From Antedon mediterranea (Eukaryota; Animalia; Echinodermata), in assembly GCF_964355755.1 (NCBI RefSeq), contig NC_092676.1, forward strand, positions 22,028,871 through 22,092,870: 64,000 bases of DNA, written 5' to 3'. The notes under the pieces were generated by a model. It made no database searches. It worked only from the letters and a program-made list of their open reading frames with translations, and was not told the origin of the DNA. Shown piece after piece: positions 37,701 to 47,700 of the stretch. Made by a program: the position numbers and the translations under genes. Positions within the stretch are counted from its first letter, which is position 1, and the number at the start of each line of letters is the position of its first letter.

Positions 37701-38725
37701 TTGAACAAGTTTGTAAATCTTGTATCGGTTGCCAGCAAACAAGCAAAATGCCAAAATCCGCACCAGTACACCCTTGGGAGTGGCCATCTGCCCCATGGGA
37801 TCGCTTACATATAGATTTTGCAGGGCCATTCATGAACTCTATGTTTTTAATTGTTGTTGACGCCCATAGCAAATGGCCAGAAGTTTATCCAATGAGATCT
37901 ACTACAGCACAACTGACTATTGAGAAATTGCGAATTATGTTTAGCCAATATGGTATTCCCAGACAAATTGTATCGAACAACGGTCCTCAATTTAAGTCGG
38001 AGGAATTTACAGATTTCATGAAAGCAAATGGTATTCGACATACCACATCATCCCCATATCACCCCAGAACAAATGGCCTAGCAGAGAGATTTGTGCAAAC
38101 GTTTAAATTGGCCATTAAGCAAGCAAGAGGAAACAGTTGTTGTTCATTACAGCAACATCTGAGTACATTTCTGTTTAAGTACAGAACAACTCCTCATACA
38201 CTTACCAAGGAAACACCTGCAAAATTACTCTACGGACGCAATCTACGAACGCGTTTGGATCTTTTGAAACCGGATCTAACAGCTACTGTCTTGAAAGGTC
38301 AAGATCGTATGAAGTTTGCAAAACATTGTGGAACCAGTATCCGAGAGTTTCAACCCGGACAATCAGTAATGGTCCGTGATTATCGTAACACAAACCAGAA
38401 ATGGATACCAGCTCAAATACAAGGAAAAACTGGTCCACTATCTTACACAGTTGACACAGGACTTGGAACAGTATGGAGGCGTCATGCTGATCAACTACAC
38501 CCAACTATGGTGAATGTCACTCCTACAGAAATATTCACCCAGGATGACCATGTTCCAGAAATACTAAATCCAACAGACGCTCCACAATCAGATAACCTTA
38601 CTCGAAATGTTAACGCCGACACACCTGTTACAACTGGCAGCGCATCTCTTACACAAGAAACTGCACCCATACGTCGATATCCAAAAAGAAATAATATTCG
38701 CCCACCAAAGAGACTAGACTTGTAA
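34742..38725 (+). CDS. Gag-Pol polyprotein (gag with two CCHC knuckles, protease, RT, RNase H, integrase)
   Basis: First ATG at 34742. CYRCGNTGHKADRC and CNYCSKEGHLEKVC knuckles; ELDTGS protease; RICGDFK, LPFG and CILDD in RT; CDAS...TDHKPL RNase H; HHCC zinc finger and HIDFAGP...SNNGPQF...NGLAER integrase. Domain order PR-RT-RH-IN is Gypsy-type. Confidence 0.97.
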   Translation: MSMAVIIGKVEEFDSSLEAWDSYTERLDQYFVANKVDDDRKVPALLALIGPKTYTLLKNLCSPEKPATLSYADLITKLTTHLCPKPSEIAERFRFYKREQHSGESIASYIAELRRLAIHCNFGNTLTSTLRDIFVCGLRQENIQKRLLAVHDLKLDDAIKTAVAMETASRDATEFQKTRTPNTTGESNVNKFTTKNYQSKRHQGHKQSKASRPTHCYRCGNTGHKADRCRHIHTVCNYCSKEGHLEKVCMKKKKDNNVSKPNTGNLKKNVQYVQGEEVNYEPMLYANHKSKVEPIIVVASINGKKIPMELDTGSSVSLIPELTYKKAFQSLPLQKTTIRLKTYSGETIVPIGMLNTKVCLNNHEELAELLVVPLNGPALFGRDWLKKFKLDWHEIKAIDEAKATTKGLDEILEKHKAVFKDELGKLENIKASIYITENSKPQFHKPRNVPYSMRDKVEKELGRLQNQEIISPVKYSEWAAPIVPVQKKSGQVRICGDFKVTINPVMKVEQYPLPKIEDIFASLAGGQKFTKIDLKQAYLQMEVEDTSKELLTINTHKGLFRYNRLPFGVASAPAIWQRAMDQVLQNVPFTSCILDDMIISGKTTEEHLKNLDTVLERLEKYNLRVNREKCEFFKEDITYCGHVITEKGLQKSPDKIHAVINAPKPDNKQQMRSFLGLINYYRRFLPNLSSIVAPLNELLQNEKTWKWTNSCDEAFKAVKELITSDQVLCHYNPELTVKLACDASPYGLGSVLSHIMPDGKERPIAFASRSLTKAEKGYAQIDKEALGLYWGIQKFHTYLHGRHFTLVTDHKPLVSILHPQKSIPAMTAARLQRYALYLSGHTYDIEYRNTHAHGNADGLSRLPIPTDVIDYVDEASTFYTSQIERLPISSTEIRKETQKDQILSHVLDTVLKGTNKLPDQEAYTPYKRRLTELTCHQGCLMWGNRVLIPDRLRAAILNEIHDGHIGIVKMKNLARSYIWWPNIDCEIEQVCKSCIGCQQTSKMPKSAPVHPWEWPSAPWDRLHIDFAGPFMNSMFLIVVDAHSKWPEVYPMRSTTAQLTIEKLRIMFSQYGIPRQIVSNNGPQFKSEEFTDFMKANGIRHTTSSPYHPRTNGLAERFVQTFKLAIKQARGNSCCSLQQHLSTFLFKYRTTPHTLTKETPAKLLYGRNLRTRLDLLKPDLTATVLKGQDRMKFAKHCGTSIREFQPGQSVMVRDYRNTNQKWIPAQIQGKTGPLSYTVDTGLGTVWRRHADQLHPTMVNVTPTEIFTQDDHVPEILNPTDAPQSDNLTRNVNADTPVTTGSASLTQETAPIRRYPKRNNIRPPKRLDL

Positions 38726-38894
38726 ATAGACATGAAACAAGAAGTTGATTTTAGTTGAACTTTATTATTCATTATTGCATTGAAAGATATTATACAGAAA
38801 ACTTTGATTGAAACATTATAATTACGAATGATTACAGAACAGTACAGAACTCTAGAATCTAGTCTTTACTATTCTTAAAATGGTAGGGAGGATG

Positions 38895-39023
38895 TGTTAT
38901 ATATGCATGTTGTAACGACGCCTTTGGCGTGCCATAATTGTTCTCTCTCTTCTGAATAAATGTTTAGTTGTACACGCTGTGTTTAGAGCCCTTACTTTAC
39001 ATTATAATTTACTATATACAACA
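38895..39023 (+). repeat. 3' LTR (129 bp)
   Basis: Identical to 34595-34723; preceded by the PPT. Confidence 0.97.
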
Positions 39024-40159
39024 ATAGGCCTAATTATTAGTCTCTAAACCCATGTCTATTCTAGTAGTAGCTGTGTGGGTACGGTGTGTATGTGTGTGAC
39101 GTGTGTGTGTTAGGTATGACACAATCCGAGTAATAAGTCAGCAAAATTAAACATTACACAAAAATACATTTTTTATTCTCGTGGGTCTAATCTTCCCATC
39201 TCATGTGTTCATATACGCGCATTTTTAAAGTTCCTTTGAGTTCATGCATATTGTTTGATAATAAAATAGTCGAATTAAAAAGATACAGTACACAAATTAT
39301 ACACATTCTTTATTCTTGTGGGTCTAAGCTTTCTTTGGGCTATGTCCAATGAATTACTACTTACTTGCCTAGCTGTCGATTAGCCTCGACTCGACACATT
39401 TTGTGTGAAGAATAGTGCGCGAAGGTAATCACGTGAATCCTAGGCCTACTGTAGAAAGAATCGTATCGCAGTTGTTCGTGTAATCACTTCTTGTTACTAT
39501 ATCGCTTGGGTGCACACGGAACAACAAATTTAACTGATGAATTATTCATGTTTATTTTTGTGACGTTTCATGAGGGGTCCCCAACTTATGTACGAAAAAA
39601 AAAATCGCTGCCCGGCTCCATTTCCTCTCCTCCATAGCAGTAGACGTGACCGCCCAGCACAAATGTTTATGCTACAATCATGTTTACCTAGGCCTACTCA
39701 GTAATTAGCCTAGTAGTAGTAGTAGGAGGGCTGTCGATTCTATGGTAGCAGGACTACGGCGTGCCCCTAGCCTAGATTTAGTACTAAGAAGTAGTACTCT
39801 ACTAGGCTAGGCTATATGTACTCTACTACACCAAAGATAATAAAAGGAGAAGATACAACAGTTCCGTTGGCGGTGTAAACCACATCCGGGTTACTATTTG
39901 CCTACGCCTGAAGGTGGCGCATTTCTTTTTCTCTAGAAGAGGTGCGCCACCTTCAGGCGTGGGTAAGGTAAAACTTTTATTGTAAATATCTATAAAAATG
40001 CAAACGATGATTATTTATCAAAATAATTATCAAAATTTTAATAATATCAAAATTGGTAGAGCACAGACGCGAGAACACATCAGATCATCACGATACATCG
40101 AAACGTGGGATTAGACGGGAACCATATCTAGAGCCCGCCGTCGTTCGGCTGCTGGATTC

Positions 40160-40922
40160 GGATTAGGCCAAGTTGAGCCGCCGACAAGTTGAGCCGCCGC
40201 CAGAAAAACATTATTTTCTATGGAACGCCAAATGCTAACTTTCGCCTGTGCTCGTTCTATTTATATTAGGGATAACGATGTACATTCAAAAGTTTATATA
40301 TATTATTAAATATTATATTTAAATAATTATGAAAATCTTGCTTGTAGATTCCAAAATATAAAACATCACCGAAAGTGATCGTTTTTAGCCAAAAATGACG
40401 TAAACATGTTGCCCCTCAGTCGGCAGTTGTATGAACTAGGCCTACTCCATTTTTCGGTAAAATAATTACATAAAATCACGTTTTTTAGTAAAATATTTTG
40501 TGTATTAACATTGTAAAATTCAATAAAATATTATATTAAAAGATTAGTAAATAAAAAATAATATTTATTTAACCTCATTCGAAGAATGTTAATACTCTAT
40601 TAATTAGTATAGTCCTGAGAGACAACGTGACTTTACGTGGTAGGCCTACACGCGAGAAAAATTATGAGTGCACTGAATTTTTTCCTCGAAAGATTAAAAC
40701 AATTAAATTATTAAATATTACTACTTTCCTTTGCTGTGTTGTTAATTGTAATATGTAATTATATATTATTTATTTTCATGACCAATAAACCAAGACCATG
40801 AACTTGTGTACTAGGACACCATCCTAATCACTACGCGAAATGTCGTAAAAGACGCATGCACTGGGCGTTTCATAGAAATCACCGGCGGCTCAACTTGTCG
40901 GCGGCCCAACCGGTCATATCCC
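40160..40922. mobile_element. Non-autonomous TIR element, 8-bp TSD, GG termini (Merlin/hAT/P-like; superfamily uncertain)
   Basis: TIRs contain AAGTTGAGCCGCCG and its inverse CGGCGGCTCAACTT. TSD CTGGATTC at 40152-40159 and 40923-40930. AT-rich core. Confidence 0.82.
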
Positions 40923-40987
40923 CTGGATTCTTACGCGTCCATGAATAAGCGTCCGCGTTTCCTATCCTTCTATGTATAACAGCGCGT

Positions 40988-42667
40988 GGTTCTAGGACAC
41001 CTACCCCCTAGACAGTTACCCCCCGGATGTTTACCACCCGGAAAACTACCCCCTTAGGACAACTACCTCCCGGACAACTACCCCCCGGACAACTACCCCC
41101 TTAGGACAACTACCCCCTTAGGATAACAACCCCCCGGACAACTACCCCCCGGACAACCACCCCCTTAGGACAACTACCCCCTTAGGATAACTACCCCCCG
41201 GTCAACTACCCCTCGGTCAACTACCCCCTGGTCAACTACCCCCCGGTCAACTACCCCCCCCCCCCCCCCCATCCAAAAGTAGACAAATATATAGGACCGG
41301 TTTCTGTAAAAATGAAATCATCTGTTTTTAACGGGTGTTTCGAAACTAGAGACCCGAGACCAGAGACCTGACACGAGACCCAATACGAAAAGGGAGACCT
41401 ATATTTGGGTCTCCCTTTTCGTATATTAGGGTCTCCCTTTTCGTATAGTGTGGTCTCTCTTTTCGTATAGTGGGGTCTCCCTTTTCTTATAGTGGGTCTC
41501 CCTTTTCTTATAGTGGGTCTCCCTTTTCGTATATTTGGGTTTCCCATTTTGTATATTTGGGTCTCCCTTTCGTATAATTGGGTCTCCCTTTTCGTATATT
41601 TAGGTCTCCCTTTTCGTATATTAGGGTCTCCCTTTTCGTATAGTGGGGTCTCCCTTTTCGTATAGTGGGGTCTCCCTTTTCGTATAGTGGGGTCTCCCTT
41701 TTCGTACGTGGGTCTCCCTTTTCGTATATTTAGGTCTCCCTTTTCGTCTCGGGTCTCGGGTCTCTGGTCTCTGGTCTCGGGTCTCTAGTTTCGAAACACC
41801 CGTTTTTAACCGATTATTCTGTTTAACAGCACGCTAGACCCTAGATGTGCTAGATTTAAAGTGCCGTATTTATTGAAAAAACGGCCTGGGCTGTTTATTG
41901 TTTAGGTGGTTTTTAGGTGGACATTTATTGGAAGAAAGTTGTTTATTCAATGGGAGGGGTATAATCTAATGGAAATAGACGCCGATTATTCCATATGATA
42001 TTTCATGGGAGTGACATGGTCACCGTTTATTTGAGGGGAATTTATTTAAAGATCGACGTTTATTCGGTGAGTGAACATTGAGGTCAAATATCAAAAGTGA
42101 TATTATTCTTCAAGTGTACAAAAATACATATATGACAAATTTGAGACAAAAATTAATTCTTTTAAGACCAGTGGTTATCGAAGCATTGTCCTGACGCAAA
42201 AATTATTATTATTATTAGCGAACCCAGTCTTTACAGTAAATACAGGGAGTACTATATAATACGTTCGATGTTCAATCTTTTACTTTTGTTTACAATAATG
42301 AATAGTAATTCGTCATTAAAATATAGTTATTAATTCCTATTATACACTGTTGCAGAGTCAGGTTGTTGAATGGTCTGGGTGGTTAGGGTGTTCTAAAGGG
42401 ATAGTTTTCTGGGGGGTAATTGTCCGGGGGGTAATTGTCCGGGGGGTAATTGTTCCTAGGGGGTAATTGTCCGGGGGGTAGTTGTCCAGGGGGTAGTTGT
42501 CCTAAGGGGGTTGTTGTCCTAAGGGGGTAGTTGTCCGGGGGGTATTTGTCCGGGGGGTAGTTGTCCTAAAGGGGTAGTTGTCCTAAGGGGGTAGTGGTCC
42601 AGGTGGTGGTTGTCCGGGGGGTAGTTGTCCGGGGGGTAAATGTCCAGGGGGTGAATATCCGGATACG
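40988..42667. mobile_element. Foldback-like TIR element with subterminal GGACAACTACCCC repeat arrays
   Basis: C-rich array ~40995-41270 is mirrored by a G-rich array ~42400-42660. 8-bp TSD CAGCGCGT at 40980-40987 and 42668-42675. Confidence 0.87.
41333..41801. mobile_element. Mutator-type MITE with internal ~21-bp minisatellite, nested in the foldback element
   Basis: TIR GGGTGTTTCGAAACTAGAGACCCGAGACCAGAGACC and its exact inverse. 9-bp TSD GTTTTTAAC (41324-41332, 41802-41810). Internal units GGGTCTCCCTTTTCGTATA-x. Confidence 0.9.
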
Positions 42668-42836
42668 CAGCGCGTACTGTTGATTCTTTACCTATTTATA
42701 TTCTTTGACTACACCTACCAGGCCTGCAAGTGTTTCCCTTAGATACGTCTATGCATGATATTTGACTCAAAGTAAACTCACAGTAGACGTAGGCTTCACA
42801 CATATTATGTATAAACTATTATAAATATTAACTTAC

Positions 42837-42982
42837 CTCCTTTCTTGCGCCGCCTCACGCCTTCCATGTTTCCATTAACATTCCCGCTGTTTCAGTTCGA
42901 TCGTCTGCTCTTCTGCTGCTCTGTCGTTTGATAAAATTGAGCCAATCAGACGCTTGTTTGATGGCTGGCCCCGCCTCTTCCT
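42837..42982 (-). promoter_or_regulatory. Putative Pol II promoter plus first exon of an unidentified - strand transcript
   Basis: GC box (GAGGCGGGGCC) at ~42966-42976 and CCAAT box (AGCCAATCAG) at ~42940-42949. Downstream AAACATGG starts MEGVRRRKKG and ends at a consensus donor GAG|GTAAGT (~42836). Confidence 0.45.
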
Positions 42983-44750
42983 TTTTTCTGTTTAAATACT
43001 GTACCACACCAACCTCGAACAAGCGATTCAACTGAGAGATCGACAGAAAGTCGTTCGGTACACTCAATTTGTATTCTTTATTCATAATATCCTTTTATTT
43101 ATAATATAGCCTAAATCCAAGCTTTTGCAATATACGGTACATACTTTTTTTTATATAAATTTCTTCAATAAAAATAACCAATTAATTATTTAGTACTGAT
43201 TATTTAATATGCGCAATATTAAAACATTTCATTCTCGCTATTTAAAAATATGATATTCGCACATGCTTTTTATAGTGTTAAAATAATTATTTGTTGTGCA
43301 TAGATTAACTAGGAGCTATCATCTGTTACAATTTTCTATACAATCTTATTTTATTATTAGAACTATCTATGATGTCTTTATTGGTATGTATTAGACCTTT
43401 AAATATTGTCATATTAATCACTTCACTATTATTGAGATAGTATATTTAGCACCTGCTTTAATTGCACCCTGCTATCAACTATCGTCCACCAGAATGGTGG
43501 GAGGTTATTAGGTCAATCGGATGCTTCTGATTGTTGGTAAGCAGGATTACTTAAAAAGTTATTGCCCGATTACCTTAAGATTTTAAAGGACGGTTTCATA
43601 GCTGTATGGGAACACATTTTCATATGGTTTGCGCTCTCATAGTGCCTTCTAGTTTATAGGGAATTAACATATAAATATTACTACAAGACGGAATTTATAA
43701 GGCACCAATTTAAAATTGATCATATTATAAACAATTGTTACTTTGTATGGACGGTCAACAAAATAAAATACAACTCTATTATTCTAGTGGCCTCGGCATT
43801 TGGTCTCTATTTAGAATCATTTTAATTAAGCTGAATTTGAAAAGCCGTGGATATACAATACTATTAAAGCCATTGTTATAGTGGTCTTCGGCATGTTGGT
43901 CCCTATTTAGAATCATTTTAATGTGGAAGTACTATAAAACATATTATACTGCAAGACTAGAATCATCTGGCATGATTATGATGAAATTGTGTCAATGTAA
44001 AGATGATTTAATGAAATATTATTATTATCTGCGTTTCATTTTTTTGAAAGAAATTTTTGAAAGATTATAAATAAAATTCAGCAATAGTTGCATTATTCTC
44101 TTCATAATTGTGCAAACAATCATAACATTAACATTAAATATTGACAAGATTATTTAAAATACAAATAGTATATGTATAGGCCTAGACTAGGCCTATGTAT
44201 TCATTCATGTTTTTAAAGGGAATGTTTAAGTAAACACAATATAATATTGAATTTAATAATACAATATAACAATTTATTGGAAAGCACATGTGATTTTATA
44301 GCATTGCTTAGCCATTTTGATTGGTTAATTTCAGATGCTGTGCATTACTTTCTCCCATATTTACCAATAGAATGCACAAACATTTTGAGAATTATTGTGG
44401 TTGGCTGTGTGTAATTCAGAGTGGAAATCAAACTTTTAGTGTGCAGCTTCTAAAACTCTATAGAAGAGTAACATATTCAATTTATATGAATACTATATAA
44501 ACAAGGAAAGCTAACAACAGGACACTCAACTCACCTTGCCAAGATAGGAACTCGTAACACAGTCCTTTGATCTTATGTCTGGCTGCTACAAATACCAACA
44601 GCAGCCACAGATACACACATTTGTTGACAGCCTGATAACTATATATAATCATTATTTGTATAATACAGAATATTAGTTGATAGGATAACTACAGACTTGT
44701 ATTATAGGTTTTAATATTCCCCATTTGTCAAACTTTAATAGTTTTTAACT

Positions 44751-47700
44751 TCAATTTCCGATTGCATCAACAACAGCGTAATCGTCCTCTTCGTCACTCA
44801 TTACGCCATCTACCACTACGCTTGGTCGCGTCGTCACAAATTCTTCTCTAATGGCATCGAGCTCTTCTAGTTCATGCTGTTAAGAAATAAAATATAGTTT
44901 TAATAATCATACGCTAAGAAGGTATAACACTACAATATTCTGTTTGTCCAAAATGTGCAACATTTCAAAGGGTTGTGGGCTTTTTTAAGTGTGCATATAC
45001 TGTACTATATTTTGCAAGTATTTCTGTAAGTATATTTTTATTGTAAATGAATTCCTTTCTACAGTAGTTTCGCAAGGGAACTGTTAAATTGCATCGTCAG
45101 TATGACCTCATGACCCTGTACTTCCAACGTTGCAAAATTTACGAAACCAACTTACAAGAACCTGTGCTCGATGTATCTGCCTCTTGTTATTAATGTGCCT
45201 TCTGGGAAATGGGTTTAATTCATGAAAAGCAATCTAAGATAAACAGATTAATAAAATGTATTCATTCATTAGTGTAGAAGTCATTTACAGTATACACCCC
45301 TTGGTCTGAAAGCAGTTCGTAAATGATAAGTTTTAAAGACGCAAAACCCTATATTATCAATACCTGAAGCATTAAAATAAAATAATTTTATTTCAATATA
45401 TTGTAACTCAACTATTGTATAATATTGTTTACTTAAAATACTGGGGTCTTTTTTCACAAAAACAATAACTTAAAAAATAAATGTTTGAACAAGAAAAATA
45501 AATTCTAAATAAAAACATATATAACAAAATTTAAATTAATTGCCTTTACCTGTGATAAACTTTTGATATCTTTCATTGTTGAAGGCATCTGTCGTAGGAA
45601 GTTAAAAATCTCAATGTACCCTGTCATCTGCAACAATTTGTCCTCATGGTATTTGAAAAAAGCCAAACCAAACCGGAAGAGAACTTTGTTTCCTTCGAAC
45701 AGAAATGTATCCCATACTCTAAGCATAGTCTTCAAAAAAAAAATAATCAAAATTAATTTTAATCAATATAATTTATTGATTATCTATTTACTCATCAATC
45801 AACCTATCAATACCAGTCAATATATCATTGAAGAAATGCATTTAATTTGTTGTATTTACATAATTATTTTTTCCATTTTAAGGGTTATTTTATGTTCATT
45901 ATAATGTTACCCATTTTGACACATAATCACTGCAACAGGTACTGAACAATATATATTCTAGAATTAACTAAATCTCTCTCTCTCTCTGTTCATTGGAACA
46001 ATACCATCTTTGTCGTATATTCGTGGTCCAGTTTTTTTTTATGTGCAATGTTTAGGAGTTTGCAATTAATGTTATTTTCCAGTCAAGTGCTTTACAGCCA
46101 ATTAAGATTTTTAAAAAGCCATCAAAAGTATGTTAAGTAAGTTACCCGCCTTTGGCATGACAATCCAAAAATACCATTTTGTAGATTACAGGTCAAACGT
46201 GAAATAAACATGATGACAGTTTAAAAACAGCTAAATCCATATTTATTTTTCAAAAAAGCTTATAAGCTTAAAAGTATATGCTTAAAAGTTGTAAGCAATT
46301 TTGTCTGAAATGTTTTTGTTGTTTTGTTTGTTGTACTTTTTCTTTGGGTTCCTGCATGTGACAAGAAACATGTTTTCCTCTTCAGGTTCCTCAATAATGT
46401 CTATTATATATATTATTGTTATTTTGCCATTACTGAAATTAATAAAATGTTCTTTAAATGAAATACAGTTACAGCATTGCCTTACCTCAGCTGGGATATT
46501 GTCACAGAATATTGTGATAAACCAATTAAATGTCACCAATGAAAGATCCACACTAATGAAAAAAAAAAACATTTAAACATAAAAAAGTGTGTGTATAACT
46601 ATCTGCTCGACAAACAGTTACTGTACAACAGTTAAAACACAATATTGCAGTTAATCTAGATTTATAGTATTTTTTATTTAAAAATATATTTTTTAATATT
46701 CTTTTAAATTCTTTTAAATATTGTTTTTTGTTCAATATTTGAATGTTATATAGGTGTAATAATTAAAAACTAGATCAGAACAAGCATGAATGTGCGATAC
46801 TCGGGGTACAGCAAAAGAAGCTGTAATGACGTCATAAGACCGGATGTAACGTCACATACACATCAATAACCTTGCTACCAAATACAGCTATACGGTACAA
46901 TCTTCGAGACGTGATATGGCTGCATCCGGTTTGAAATTAAAAATCCGGCTCTATAGCTTTGAGGACATGTCCCTGTAGAATATTCATGCAAAATCCCAGC
47001 TCAATACTACAACGAATAAGGGAGGAGTAGTACTTTATAAATCGCACTTTTTACCCGATAGTGTCCAGATGGAAGAGAAGATGAGAGAGTCCTAGACTTG
47101 GGTACCCCGAGTAAAAAGTATATTTACTCTAATTGAAAGAAAACCAAAATTGATGGCTTGGGTTATAGGGATATAGGATATTATGATATTATTGATTTAA
47201 ATAAATAACATAGCAATAGCATTTACTTTTCTCGATCAAGATGTGCATTTAGTCGTGGAATCTTTTCACTTAAGAGTTCTTTGAAAACACGTTGGTCAGT
47301 CTGTGATCCAATCAAAGTCTTGCTGTAGTAGTCAGGTGGCATAATATATTCAATAATTGCTATCATGCACCTAATTAAAAAAAAAAACCATTATTAACTA
47401 TAAAAACTTTGTTTCACAGTCATTCCAATTTAATTCAAAAAGTGCTTGAAAATCGTTGGAGTCCCCAAAGCAAAAGTGATACATAGTGGCATTAAACATT
47501 TTAACCATGATTAGTTGTCTTGATAGCTTTTCAGTTCATCACATAATCAAAACTGGCAGTGCTGTGGGTTGTAACATCAAATGTTAATGGGTTATAATAT
47601 GTCATTTTGCTCTTTCTGGTGGCAGTGAAGCATTGAGCTTTCATACTTGGTTCAAATCCTGAATGACACAGTACCAGAATCTGTCTCATGGACAGCTACA

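Larger units (their letters stand above)
34595..39023 (+). mobile_element. Full-length Ty3/Gypsy LTR retrotransposon, Mag-like, 4429 bp
   Basis: Identical 129-bp TG...CA LTRs (34595-34723, 38895-39023). 5-bp TSD ATAGG (34590-34594, 39024-39028). PBS TGGCGACGA at 34731. Purine-rich PPT at 38882-38894. Single gag-pol ORF. Confidence 0.98.
34287..39608. mobile_element. Non-autonomous Mutator(MULE)-type DNA transposon (~890 bp) interrupted by the Gypsy element
   Basis: ~150-bp imperfect TIRs (34287-34434 and 39457-39608, GCGATTTT...AAAATCGC). Perfect 9-bp TSD TGCCCGGCT at 34278-34286 and 39609-39617. Confidence 0.9.

Noticed and set aside
35204-38772. Antisense ORFs within gag-pol
   Set aside because: Short shadow ORFs with no recognisable motifs; no env-like ORF between pol and the 3' LTR.
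41251-41547. 98-aa ORF with IRKGRP repeats
   Set aside because: Translation of the 21-bp minisatellite inside a MITE.
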